Shown: in pieces, positions 20,795 through 30,852 of the stretch
How the letters are laid out: every line of letters begins with the position of its first letter
Position numbering within the stretch: the stretch's first letter is position 1
NCBI GenBank assembly: GCA_050950765.1
Contig: JBMNIF010000003.1
Coordinates: 512,001-576,000 of the forward strand
DNA from: Bdellovibrionota bacterium
GTDB taxonomy: Bacteria > Bdellovibrionota_C > UBA2361 > JAAYZI01
Direction: 5' to 3'
DNA: 64,000 nt
Notes under the pieces: generated by a model
What the model was told of the DNA's origin: nothing
Databases searched by the model: none
The model's input: the letters and a program-made list of their open reading frames with translations, nothing else
Made by a program: the position numbers and the translations under genes

Positions 20795-21939
20795 ATCTTA
20801 TGAGCATCCATATATTTCTTCACTTCATCGTAAAGACCCGTCTGATTGGAATAGGTGATGTAGCTTTTTACAGTCATAAACCATTCAAGAGTTGTCGGTT
20901 TTGATTGAGCAACCGTAGAAAGAATATCTTGGGTTGTAATCTTAACAATTTGATTCGTTCTTAGAGCTTGTCTGAATATCTTGTCGGAGGTTTCTTCAGT
21001 GACTTTTTTAATATCAGCAGCAGAGAACCCTTCCGTCGCTTTCGCAAGAGCTTCATAATCAATTGACTCTAACGGCTTTTCTTTGAGATTTAATTCAAAC
21101 ATCCGTTTTCTAGCCATCTGATCAGGCGGAGTAATAAAAAGAAGTTTATCAAAGCGTCCTGGTCTACGTAAGGCATCATCAACTTCCCAAGGAATGTTTG
21201 TAGCACCGATCACTAATACCTTATTATTATCAGATCCGATCCCATCTAGTTCGGTTAAAAATTGATTAACGAGAGTTTTCATTGAGCCGATCAATTTGCT
21301 GCGGTTCATACCCAAAGCATCAAATTCATCAAAAAACAGAACCGATGGTGCTTGTCGCCGTGCTGCTTCAAAAAAATTGTGCAATGCGCGCTCACCGTCT
21401 CCAGTGAATCCCCTTAAGATCTCATGAATCGGAACTGAGATAAATGTTGCATCCAACTCTCCAGCCGTTGCCTTAGCAATAAAGGTCTTTCCACACCCTG
21501 GAGGTCCATACATAAGAATACCACCGCCAATTTTTAACTTATACTGTTTGGCTAGTTCAGGATTTTGTAACGGATATAAAATATCCATGCGGATCGCTTC
21601 TTTTACCGTATCCATCCCCGCAACATCTGCAAAGGTAACCTTATCTCTTCGTTTTTCGAGCAACTCGTCCAAGATCTTTCCTGCATCAGCACGATGACTA
21701 CCGAACCCGATTGACGTCCCCTGTTTATCTATCTCTTGCTCAATCTCATGAATAGCGCGCTCGACAGAGATATCTTGGTCGTATTCAAAAACATCCAAGA
21801 GTAAAGGATAGGCATCCCGCAGGTGCCCTTTTTTAAAGAGTTCAAGGCTAAAAAGTTTCTTTGTTCTGATATCACTCGGATCAGCATCTAGAGCTTGTTT
21901 AAGAGCACTTAAGAGTGGATCGTCATTGTAGTCGTTCAT
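20791..21939 (-). CDS. AAA family ATPase (single classic-clade AAA domain)
   Basis: GPPGCGKT Walker A, FFDEFD Walker B, ATN sensor, ALRRPGRFD. Confidence 0.92.
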   Translation of the reverse strand: MNDYNDDPLLSALKQALDADPSDIRTKKLFSLELFKKGHLRDAYPLLLDVFEYDQDISVERAIHEIEQEIDKQGTSIGFGSHRADAGKILDELLEKRRDKVTFADVAGMDTVKEAIRMDILYPLQNPELAKQYKLKIGGGILMYGPPGCGKTFIAKATAGELDATFISVPIHEILRGFTGDGERALHNFFEAARRQAPSVLFFDEFDALGMNRSKLIGSMKTLVNQFLTELDGIGSDNNKVLVIGATNIPWEVDDALRRPGRFDKLLFITPPDQMARKRMFELNLKEKPLESIDYEALAKATEGFSAADIKKVTEETSDKIFRQALRTNQIVKITTQDILSTVAQSKPTTLEWFMTVKSYITYSNQTGLYDEVKKYMDAHKI

Positions 21940-22201
21940 TGTAGTTAACTTTTAAAAATTGCGAATGTCCTCTCACGTTATGGACTTATTAAAAGAAACG
22001 TTACTTAAAAATTAGAACACACAACAATTAAATGAGCAATGCCAACTATTTATCATTAAAAGAAGGAAGGTCGTACATACAGAAACAGAAAAATTTAACT
22101 CAACTAAGGTTAAAAGTGTGGGAATTTATAAGATCTGGGGAAACTTCTTAATAAAAATAACGATACTGCTGCTGGATACTTTTTTAGGGAGGGAACCTTT
22201 T

Positions 22202-23722
22202 ATGTTGTGTAGAGTTAGAAGCTCCGTATTAAGTGGGCTAACAGCATATAGTGTTGATGTAGAAGTTGAAGCAAGTGAAGGTAAACACTCTTACACCACC
22301 ATCGGGATGGGAGATATCGCAGTAAGAGAATCAAAGGATAGGGTGTTATCAGCTATTAAAAAATGTGGAGTTCCGACACTGCCGAAAATCTTGGTAAACT
22401 TAGCACCGGCAGAGTTAAAAAAAGAGGGCTCCGCCTTTGATCTGGCGATCGCTGTTGGGATACTAGGAGCCTCTTGGCGTAATGGTAGGTTGGATCTGCA
22501 AGGGCGTAGTTTCGTCGGAGAGCTTTCTCTTAATGGTGAAATAAAACCGGTTCGTGGCATCGTGGCGCACGCTATTGAAGCCGTTGAGATGGGCTTAGAT
22601 GAGATCATCGTAGCACGCGAAAATGAAGCGGAGGCGAGGTTAGTTTCTGGTATCACGGTTACTGCGATGGACTCCTTAGTAGACCTTATTGCATACCTCT
22701 GCGGAGAGCTTGTGCCGGAGCCTTCTGAAACATCAGAAAACTCTATCATCGAGTATCACCCTAAAACGCTTCTCGATGTTAGAGGTCAAAAGAAAGCCAA
22801 ACGTGCTATGGAGATCGCTGCAGCTGGAGGACATAACCTCTTAATGGTAGGACCTCCTGGGTGTGGAAAAAGTATGCTAGCTGAAAGATTTGCATCTCTT
22901 CTCCCTCCACTCTCTCGTAATGAGATGTTGGAGGTGGCAAAAATTCATAGTGTCGCTGGACTACCGTTGGAGGAGCTTCTCGCTGGAATACGCCCCTTTC
23001 GTAATCCTCATCACGTTATTAGCGAACCTGGACTTGTTGGGGGTGGAAGCATTCCGCGACCTGGTGAGGTAAGTCTAGCACATCACGGAGTTCTCTTTTT
23101 AGATGAGTTCCCAGAATTTAAACGTGGTGTACTTGAAGCTTTACGACAACCACTTGAATCGGGACGGGTACGTGTCAGTAGAGCCAAGAGTAGTATAGAA
23201 TACCCTGCAATGTTTCAACTTATAGCAGCTATGAACCCCTGCCCTTGTGGTCGTCTGGGGGTAAGCGGTAGCTCTTGTATGTGTTCAAGAGGTGCTATTT
23301 ATAGTTATCTCAAAAAGCTTTCTTTGCCGATCCTAGATCGTATTGATCTCCACGTTGAGGTTGAAGCAGTTCCTTTTACGGAATTAAGTTGCACACAGGA
23401 GAACAATGAAGATCTCACTATTGCGGAAAGAGTACTTGAAGCAAGAGAACGCGCTTACCATCGGGCGAAAGTTTTAAACGCCAGAATCTCTTCGGCTGAT
23501 ATCAATGAACACGTTCGTCCTAAAGCAAGCGCTTTGGAACTACTTAAACGGATGACACAAAAAACCAGTTTGAGTGCACGCGGATATTTTAGAATCCTAA
23601 AAGTAGCACGCACCATCGCTGATTTAAGAGGTGGTGAGCACGTCAATGATGAAGATATCGCAGAAGCTTCAAGTTACAGAACGTTACACCGCATCGAACA
23701 GTACTGCATGGGCGGATCATAA
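22202..23722 (+). CDS. comM: YifB/ComM Mg-chelatase-like AAA+ ATPase
   Basis: NLAPA..KKEGS.FDL, GPPGCGKSMLA, PGEVSLAHHGVLFLDEFPEF, MNPCPCG, ARTIADL. Confidence 0.93.
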   Translation: MLCRVRSSVLSGLTAYSVDVEVEASEGKHSYTTIGMGDIAVRESKDRVLSAIKKCGVPTLPKILVNLAPAELKKEGSAFDLAIAVGILGASWRNGRLDLQGRSFVGELSLNGEIKPVRGIVAHAIEAVEMGLDEIIVARENEAEARLVSGITVTAMDSLVDLIAYLCGELVPEPSETSENSIIEYHPKTLLDVRGQKKAKRAMEIAAAGGHNLLMVGPPGCGKSMLAERFASLLPPLSRNEMLEVAKIHSVAGLPLEELLAGIRPFRNPHHVISEPGLVGGGSIPRPGEVSLAHHGVLFLDEFPEFKRGVLEALRQPLESGRVRVSRAKSSIEYPAMFQLIAAMNPCPCGRLGVSGSSCMCSRGAIYSYLKKLSLPILDRIDLHVEVEAVPFTELSCTQENNEDLTIAERVLEARERAYHRAKVLNARISSADINEHVRPKASALELLKRMTQKTSLSARGYFRILKVARTIADLRGGEHVNDEDIAEASSYRTLHRIEQYCMGGS

Positions 23723-23767
23723 AAAGAACTTTTTTAATGAGCAGAAATATTATAAAAAAATTAAAGG

Positions 23768-24553
23768 TTATTTCTGCTCATCTGATGAGTCTTTACATTC
23801 ATCAGCAAGTTTCACTTTAGCTTGATAGTCATCTCTAAATTTCTGATGCTCCTTAGAGATAATATAAAAAGCCTCTTCCGGAGTATCTACTATTGAGATG
23901 AAATCAAAATCTTTTGGGCTGACCAACTGTCTTCCAAGAACCGTAGTCTTAACCCAATCAATCAGCTCCGTCCAAAAATCACTATCTAAAAGGACGATGG
24001 GGCGCATCGGAATATGACCTACTTGCACAAGTTGCCAAGTAAAAAACAGCTCTAACAAAGTTCCAATTCCCCCTGGTGTGCAAACCACAGCGTGAGAAAG
24101 TCTCATGAATTCATCTAATCTGGAAGAGAATCTATAATGGTGTTTTTTTATATCAATATGATGATTCAGATCCATCTCCCATTCCAACTGAATCCCGATG
24201 CCAAAAGAGAGGGAGCGTGTTCTATTCTCTTTTTTGCCAAGTTGAGCTCCTTTATTAGCAGCCTCCATTAAACCTGGACCGCCACCAGTTAAAACATCAA
24301 TCCCTTCCCAAGCTAAAAAACGCGCCAACTGAAAAACTTCGTGATAAGCTTCCGTCTCTGGTTTTAATCTAGCACTTCCAAAGATGCACACTCTGAAAAA
24401 TCTCGGGTCATCAAGAGATTTAAGCTCTTCCTCAATCATCAAGGTACGGCTATTCAAGAGGTGTAACCTCTCGTCAAGGTGTTTACGTCGTTGCTTCTTA
24501 ATCTGATGTTCTGATAACTCTTCATCCTTATTATTTTTTTTCTTACCAGCCAT
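23768..24553 (-). CDS. LOG family protein (YgdH/PpnN-like)
   Basis: FGSAR, TGGGPGLMEAAN.GA, PGGIGTLLEL. Confidence 0.9.
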   Translation of the reverse strand: MAGKKKNNKDEELSEHQIKKQRRKHLDERLHLLNSRTLMIEEELKSLDDPRFFRVCIFGSARLKPETEAYHEVFQLARFLAWEGIDVLTGGGPGLMEAANKGAQLGKKENRTRSLSFGIGIQLEWEMDLNHHIDIKKHHYRFSSRLDEFMRLSHAVVCTPGGIGTLLELFFTWQLVQVGHIPMRPIVLLDSDFWTELIDWVKTTVLGRQLVSPKDFDFISIVDTPEEAFYIISKEHQKFRDDYQAKVKLADECKDSSDEQK

Positions 24554-24742
24554 AATTACTCCAAACTAATATTCGGGATATTTATTTTTAAAGGTTTCTC
24601 CCTTCAATCACCTCTTCTACTTCATAACAGTAGAAGAGGTGTCACTATAAAATCTATAATCTTAAAATCCATTCTATCCCTTAACTACCTTCTCGGTCTA
24701 TAATACTTTAGATGTCTTTTTTGGGCGAGGAGGAGCACGGAT

Positions 24743-25117
24743 ATGCTAATGTATGAGAAAATAATCCATATCATCTGGTTTTTATTTCCGACTTTCTTTT
24801 TTCTCTTAGCTCTCTGGTCAAAACTTGAGCAACTTAGCGGCTCTCCAAGTATTCAAGACACGCGCATTCTTTTTAAACAAGGTGTATTTCTTCTGCTCTG
24901 CTGTTTAATAGCAGTAGGTGTTGATCGCTACTTATTCGTTCCTCACTTGCAAAAAAACCTTCCTGAATGGCTTCCGTTGGCGTTATTACAGATCCTCCTT
25001 TTCCCCACAATTTTACTATTAGCTGCACTATGTAGCGGCGGCTCAAAAGATATAACTTTAAAAGTTAAAAAGGGAGATAAAAAAGAACGCTCAAACTTGA
25101 AAAAATACCGCCATTAA
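24743..25117 (+). CDS. Hypothetical membrane protein (3 TM)
   Basis: Hydrophobic segments; strong GGAGG RBS. Confidence 0.65.
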   Translation: MLMYEKIIHIIWFLFPTFFFLLALWSKLEQLSGSPSIQDTRILFKQGVFLLLCCLIAVGVDRYLFVPHLQKNLPEWLPLALLQILLFPTILLLAALCSGGSKDITLKVKKGDKKERSNLKKYRH

Positions 25118-25169
25118 AGTGATACTAAGAAAAAAATAATCATTCAAATTATAAGTGTAGGATATATTT

Positions 25170-25742
25170 ATGTTAATCGCAGGCATTGATGAAGTCGGAA
25201 GAGGCCCCTTAGCTGGCCCAGTTGTGGCGGCGGCTGTTGTTTTTGAAAAAGAGTATACCAATCCTGAGATTAAAGATTCTAAGAAACTTTCTCCGTTAAA
25301 ACGCGAACTATTACTGGAATGTATTTATCGAGATGCACTGCAATGGGCGATCTCTACTGTTAGCCCTCAAGATATCAGTGAATTGAACATCAGAGAAGCT
25401 ACACGTTTAGCCATGTCGCAAGCTGCTGCTCAGATAAATGCCGATCTATTATTAATTGACGGGAACATGGAGATAGATAGCGATACGCCACAACGAACCG
25501 TCATAAACGGAGATACTACACATGTCGCAATATCAGCAGCCTCCATTATCGCAAAGGTTTACAGAGACCACCTCATGCAAAAGTTTGACCTCAAATATCC
25601 CGGATACGGATTTGCACATAACGCCGGTTACGGCACAGCAAGCCACCTCCAAGCCATCAAAGATCTGGGGCCTTCTCCGATCCATCGCAGTACATTTAGA
25701 GGAGTTCGTGAATATTGGGCTACTGAGATTTGCGGAGAATGA
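25170..25742 (+). CDS. rnhB: Ribonuclease HII
   Basis: GIDEVGRGPLAGPV, DSKKL, IDGN, AASIIAKV.RD, HRSTF. Confidence 0.96.
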   Translation: MLIAGIDEVGRGPLAGPVVAAAVVFEKEYTNPEIKDSKKLSPLKRELLLECIYRDALQWAISTVSPQDISELNIREATRLAMSQAAAQINADLLLIDGNMEIDSDTPQRTVINGDTTHVAISAASIIAKVYRDHLMQKFDLKYPGYGFAHNAGYGTASHLQAIKDLGPSPIHRSTFRGVREYWATEICGE

Positions 25743-26190
25743 GACATCACCCCTTCTAAAAAAATCAATCCACAAAAAGAAAAAGGGGTGGAAGAACAGG
25801 ATCGGACAACGTGGAGAATGTTTAGCAGTACAACACTTATTTAATAAAGGTTATTACATCTGGCATAGAAACTGGCAGATTAAAAGTGGAGAGATCGATA
25901 TTATTGCAATTCAAAAGAGGACTCTCGCATTTATTGAAGTAAAAACACGCTTAACAAAATACGCTTCTGATTATGATCCGTTTGATGCTGTTGATGACAT
26001 CAAGATGAAGCACCTTCAAAAGGTAGCAAAAAACTTTTTGGAGATAGAAGCACCTCAGATTAAACGACGTCGCATTAAATCTTTTCGCTTTGATATTATC
26101 GGCGTAACTTTAACACCAACTTTTCATAAGATCTGGCTACGTAAAAACTCCGTGATCCATTATATCGATGCCTTTCAATGGGAGGAATAA
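25708..26190 (+). CDS. YraN family protein (UPF0102)
   Basis: G.RGE..A, GEIDII, FIEVKTR, RFDII; start uncertain (GTG 25708 proposed). Confidence 0.85.
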   Translation: MNIGLLRFAENETSPLLKKSIHKKKKGWKNRIGQRGECLAVQHLFNKGYYIWHRNWQIKSGEIDIIAIQKRTLAFIEVKTRLTKYASDYDPFDAVDDIKMKHLQKVAKNFLEIEAPQIKRRRIKSFRFDIIGVTLTPTFHKIWLRKNSVIHYIDAFQWEE

Positions 26191-26359
26191 TTTAACCCCT
26201 AACTCTTCATAGTTCAGGAATATATCTCAATAAAAACCTTCAGCATTCAAAAAAAATCAGTATTTTTTAGGGGGAGGGATGGTTCGAAATTTAAAAAAGG
26301 CACTCACTTAAAGATCTACTTACCTAAGAAACAGAAGTGAGTACCTTTTTATATCAATA

Positions 26360-26917
26360 TTAAACAGCTCTACTAACGTAAGTTCCTTCATCAGTATTTA
26401 CAACGATCTTTTCGCCTTCCTTAATAAATGGAGGAACCCCTAAACTAAGCCCTGTATCTGTTTTTGCTGGTTTATACGAGCCGCTCTGGGTGGCACCTTT
26501 AAGCTCCGGCTCTGTCTCCACAACAGTTAAAACAACTGTTGTCGGGAGCTCAACACCTATCGGCTCTTCTCCATAGAGGGTAATTATTACGGGCATCTGA
26601 TCGTGGAGATAATACTTACCATCTCCCAGAACGTCTTCCGTCAGAATCGCTTCTTCATAAGTTTCAGAATTCATAAAATGATAGCCATCAAGCGCACTGT
26701 AAAGGTATGTCGCAGGGACAGTAGTCACATCAGCTCTTTCCACCTCTTCCGTAGAATTAAACCTTACTTCTGTCTGATTCCCCGTAAGTAAGTTTCTCAA
26801 CTTCGTTTGCACTAACGCTCCACCTTTACCTGGTGTGTTGTGGTTAAACGCCATAACCCTATAAGGCGTATCGTTATATAGTATAACCATCCCTTTTCTG
26901 ATGTCATTCGCTTTCAT
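26360..26917 (-). CDS. efp: Elongation factor P
   Basis: TPGKGGA loop; KPA, VPPFI.EGEKI, YVSRA. Confidence 0.96.
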   Translation of the reverse strand: MKANDIRKGMVILYNDTPYRVMAFNHNTPGKGGALVQTKLRNLLTGNQTEVRFNSTEEVERADVTTVPATYLYSALDGYHFMNSETYEEAILTEDVLGDGKYYLHDQMPVIITLYGEEPIGVELPTTVVLTVVETEPELKGATQSGSYKPAKTDTGLSLGVPPFIKEGEKIVVNTDEGTYVSRAV

Positions 26918-27183
26918 AAAATCCACCTTCCTAAGCAAGAACCGTATAGCAATTTTAATTTTATAACTATTCCAAGCCATAGGTTATTTAAAACGGTGTT
27001 CAGTATGGCATATTGAAGAGAAATCCTCAATTTACTACGACACCTGTTATTTACAACAACGACACATTCACTTTGTAAAAATCAGTGTAACAAGATTAAT
27101 AATTTTTATCCCCCATTTTTATTGGAGTTTATCAAAGAGAGGTCCGAGCTTCGCAATTACACCACCTTAACGAATTCAAGATA

Positions 27184-27217
27184 TTACTTAAGTTTTTAAG
27201 TTTAAAAACTTAAGTAA
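27184..27217. repeat. Perfect 16-bp inverted repeat
   Basis: TTACTTAAGTTTTTAA-GT-TTAAAAACTTAAGTAA just downstream of the CDF gene. Confidence 0.85.
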
Positions 27218-27242
27218 AAGATAGTTATCTTTTATTTTAGAA

Positions 27243-28139
27243 CTATTCTCTATCAAGCCCCATATCTTGATAAGCTGCTTCATCCTCAATCGGCTCAATA
27301 TGCGTTGAAAGGTGTGCTTTTGGAGAGATCTTCCGAATATCACGTTCGATATCTTCTACAAATTGATGTGCTTTTGAAAGTGACCAGTCACCTGGAAGAA
27401 GGATATGAAAAGATACAAACCTTCTAGATCCAGATTGACGTGTTCTAAAAGCATGAAATGCAGCTCCCCTTCCCCTATAACGATCTAAAACGGCTTCTAT
27501 AGCAACGATCTCATCTTCCGGAATAGAGCGATCCATCAATCCATGAAAGGAGTTCACCAACAACTCAACTCCTGTTACAACAATATTACCGACCACACAC
27601 AGAGCGATAATAGGATCGAGCACCTGCCAACCAGTTAACGCAACACCCCCTATCCCTAAGACAACAGCGACTGAAGTCCAAACGTCAGTCATTAAATGAC
27701 GTGCATCAGCCTCTAATGTAATTGATTCATAACTTTTACCAGCTTTAGTAAGGATGCGTGCCACAACCAGATTTATCAGGGAAGCCACTATCGATAGGAA
27801 TAAACCGAGATCTATCTCCTGAAGCTCCACAGGCTCTAGGATCCTTCCCACTGCTGCCCAAGCGATACCCCCCGCAGCGACTAAGATCAGCACCCCCTCT
27901 ATACCACTGGAAAAATACTCTATCTTATTATGACCGTAAGCGTGCTCCTTATCTTCCGGACGTGCCGCTAAAATCAAGCTAAAAAGTGCGATAAGTGCAG
28001 CACATAAGTTAACCACAGACTCACAAGCATCAGATAACAACCCGACGGAGTCAGTTACAAAATATGCTGCTGTCTTTAAAGCGATCGTCGAGACAGCAGC
28101 GGCAATAGAGATATAGGCATAACGTTTTAGATCTACCAT
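27243..28139 (-). CDS. Cation diffusion facilitator family transporter (FieF-like)
   Basis: LLSDACES, HAYGH.KIEY, ADARHLMTDVWTS, THIEP. Confidence 0.93.
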   Translation of the reverse strand: MVDLKRYAYISIAAAVSTIALKTAAYFVTDSVGLLSDACESVVNLCAALIALFSLILAARPEDKEHAYGHNKIEYFSSGIEGVLILVAAGGIAWAAVGRILEPVELQEIDLGLFLSIVASLINLVVARILTKAGKSYESITLEADARHLMTDVWTSVAVVLGIGGVALTGWQVLDPIIALCVVGNIVVTGVELLVNSFHGLMDRSIPEDEIVAIEAVLDRYRGRGAAFHAFRTRQSGSRRFVSFHILLPGDWSLSKAHQFVEDIERDIRKISPKAHLSTHIEPIEDEAAYQDMGLDRE

Positions 28140-28294
28140 AAGACAGAACGCTCTCTTATCAAGATAAACTTTAGCAAAGATTCTTTTTCAAGTTCTACAA
28201 AATCAGGTATTATCAGAGCCCGATTATTGATAAAAAGCAACTCCACTTAAAAAGTGAAGTGTAGCAATTATAAACAGAGAGAAACAGTCAAAAA

Positions 28295-29131
28295 ATGAAC
28301 GCTAATATACGTTGTCTCCTTAAAGCTTGTGAAGATCTCACCATCCCTTATCAGATTATGCACCCAACAAAAAATTTAGTGCTAGTTAACCAGCAGCATC
28401 TTTTTACCAACTGGGCAACTCCTTTAATCTCACACGCAATTGCACGCCTGCTCACTGATAAAGACTACACTCAAGCTATCTTCGGCGATGTCATAACCAT
28501 GCCGAAAACAAAACCTTATCTAACTCCGCAAGTTGAAGATATCTATGCAGAACATCTGATATTTAAATCAATCTCCGCCATCGTAGAAGATATTGAAGAT
28601 AACTTTACATATCCATTAATAATCAAAAGAAATAGCGGCACACACGGTCAACACGTTTTTATAGCTTCAAACTCAAAAGAAGCTCAGCATGCCTTACAAA
28701 CAATTTTTAATGAAAAAGATAAGCATTGGGACTTTATTGCACTGGTTCAAGAATACATCAAACCTACGGCAGAGTTCCGCTTAATTGCCCTTGCAGGGCA
28801 ACTTGAATTAACTTACCTAAAAGATATCTCAAAAGCTGAATACCGTGACAACTTAAGTCCGTTACACTGGCAAAATAGTAGGAGCGTTTTAATTAAAGAT
28901 CCGAAACAACTTAACCGTTTCTCTGAATTCATATCTCCCATATTTTCAAAACTTCCTTTAGCGTATTGTGGATTGGACGTAATAGAAGATTGTACGGGAG
29001 GGCTTTATCTTATTGAGATTAACGGCTCTCCTGGCTTTGATCTCTTTACCCGTGATAATGGGGATGAGGCTGTTGTAGATCTCTATAAAAAGATCTTGAA
29101 GATCTTAACTAATATTAGCAGTCACCCCTAA
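28295..29131 (+). CDS. ATP-grasp (RimK-like) ligase
   Basis: DKDYT, YPLIIKRNSGTHG, VQEYI, GLDVI, IEINGSPG. Confidence 0.8.
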   Translation: MNANIRCLLKACEDLTIPYQIMHPTKNLVLVNQQHLFTNWATPLISHAIARLLTDKDYTQAIFGDVITMPKTKPYLTPQVEDIYAEHLIFKSISAIVEDIEDNFTYPLIIKRNSGTHGQHVFIASNSKEAQHALQTIFNEKDKHWDFIALVQEYIKPTAEFRLIALAGQLELTYLKDISKAEYRDNLSPLHWQNSRSVLIKDPKQLNRFSEFISPIFSKLPLAYCGLDVIEDCTGGLYLIEINGSPGFDLFTRDNGDEAVVDLYKKILKILTNISSHP

Positions 29132-29417
29132 ACGACACTCCCTTAAGCACCGTAGCTATCTTAATTCACACTAAATACACCCCTTTTAATGAAACGTCGT
29201 TATTAAAATTCGGTGATAGCAGTTCGGATAAAAATCTCGCACTATATCTTAGGGGATACTCTCAAGGTTCTTAAAATGATAGTATCGGCGCTAATTATTT
29301 AGATACTGACGGGAAGCTTTAAAAAAGTTTTTATTTTTCTTTTAAAACATCCCGCTCCTTATATTCTGTAATACTAATTACATTAAACAGGGTGCTATAA
29401 AAACTAAAGGCATTATC

Positions 29418-30647
29418 ATGGCATACACAAAAACCACTACAAAAAGTTACTCTTCAAGGTTGGGAGATTCACTAAAAGGAATTTTATTTGGAATAATCCT
29501 CTTTATCGGTGGAACAGTATTACTTTTTTACAATGAGGGTCGTGCTGTTAAGACAGAAGCCGCTATCAGCGAAGCACAGGAAAATGTTGTTGAGGCTACT
29601 GATATTTCGAATATCGATCCAGCACTTAATGGAAAACTAATTCATGCTTCAGGTCGTGCAGAGACAAAAGATATCTTAACTGACCCCACATTTAACATTC
29701 AAACCACAGCTATTAAGTTACGACGCACACTCTATTACTATCAATGGGAAGAGGAGAGTCGTTCAGAGACTCGCGAAAACGCTGGTGGTAGTATGGAAAC
29801 AACAACAACGTATACTTATAAAAAAGTTTGGAGTGGAACCCCGATAGATTCAACCCAATTTGAAAATCCTAAATATCGCGATAGAAACTTTCAGTTGCTG
29901 AACTTAAAAAGTGAGGAGTGGCTTGCTCCACACGTTACCTTTGGAGCCTATACCCTTCCTACCTTTCTAAAGAATGCAATTTTAGGGGAAGATCCCGTAG
30001 CGGTAAGCATGACAGATCAGCAACGTCACGATTGGCAAACAAGATTAGCTAAAAGCTTCACAGCGCGACAAAGACCAGATGCTTCTTCTGAAAAAGAGGA
30101 CGCTCCTCAAAATGAAGTTCCTACACTGTTACACATCACTGACAACACGATCTACTTCGGTAAATCTGATGTCGATCCGCAAATTGGAGATATGAAAGTT
30201 ATCTTCACAAAAGTCGTTCCAGCACAGGTCTCAATTCTTGCTAATGTTTCAGGCACAACCTTTGAAAAATATCGTGCTCAAAACGGCGAAACTTTTTCGC
30301 GCCTTGAGATGGATACCGTTAGCGCAGAAGTTATGTTTAAAAATGCACATAGAGAGAATATGATACTTACATGGGTACTGCGCGCTGTTGGAACATTATT
30401 GATCGTTATAGGATTACGGGTAGCCTTTAGTATAGTCTCGATGATCTTCAAATGGTTCCCGTTACTTGGAAATATTATAGAAGCAGGTGTCGGTATCGTC
30501 TGCTTCGTCGGCGGCATCATCTGGTCGTTACTTGTTATCGCTTCAGCTTGGATCATTTACAGACCCGTCCTAGCTATTACTTTAATAGGTATCGCCATAG
30601 CAGCCCTGATCTGGCTTGCTTTACGCGGAAAAAAAGCATCCGCATAG
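29418..30647 (+). CDS. TMEM43 family (DUF1625) membrane protein
   Basis: LFYNEGRAV, YQWEE, Y.KVWS, PQIGD, TWVLR motifs; N- and C-terminal TM helices. Confidence 0.88.
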   Translation: MAYTKTTTKSYSSRLGDSLKGILFGIILFIGGTVLLFYNEGRAVKTEAAISEAQENVVEATDISNIDPALNGKLIHASGRAETKDILTDPTFNIQTTAIKLRRTLYYYQWEEESRSETRENAGGSMETTTTYTYKKVWSGTPIDSTQFENPKYRDRNFQLLNLKSEEWLAPHVTFGAYTLPTFLKNAILGEDPVAVSMTDQQRHDWQTRLAKSFTARQRPDASSEKEDAPQNEVPTLLHITDNTIYFGKSDVDPQIGDMKVIFTKVVPAQVSILANVSGTTFEKYRAQNGETFSRLEMDTVSAEVMFKNAHRENMILTWVLRAVGTLLIVIGLRVAFSIVSMIFKWFPLLGNIIEAGVGIVCFVGGIIWSLLVIASAWIIYRPVLAITLIGIAIAALIWLALRGKKASA

Positions 30648-30682
30648 CAAAAGCCCCGATCTAGATAATTTTACGGTCTTTG

Positions 30683-30852
30683 CCTCCGTAAAGATCTAGC
30701 TAATTTGCTTTTTAATAGCAGCCCGTCCTAGTATCCTTGAAGGGTGGCATTTTTTACCTCCGTACAGATCTAGCTGATTTATTTTTTAATATCAGCCCGT
30801 CCTAGTATCCTTGAAGGGTGGCATTTTTTACCTTCGTAAAGATCTAGCTGAT
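30683..30852. repeat. 74-bp tandem repeat (2 full copies plus a partial third)
   Basis: Units start CCTyCGTAmAGATCTAGCT at 30683, 30757, 30831; shared core CAGCCCGTCCTAGTATCCTTGAAGGGTGGCATTTTTTACCT. Confidence 0.92.

Noticed and set aside
25522..25707. Long N-terminal extension of YraN or programmed RnhB-YraN frameshift
   Set aside because: Overlaps the conserved rnhB C-terminus; a nearer GTG start explains it; no slippery site seen
30683..30852. Possible CRISPR array
   Set aside because: Whole 74-bp units repeat with no unique spacers; no cas genes in the window
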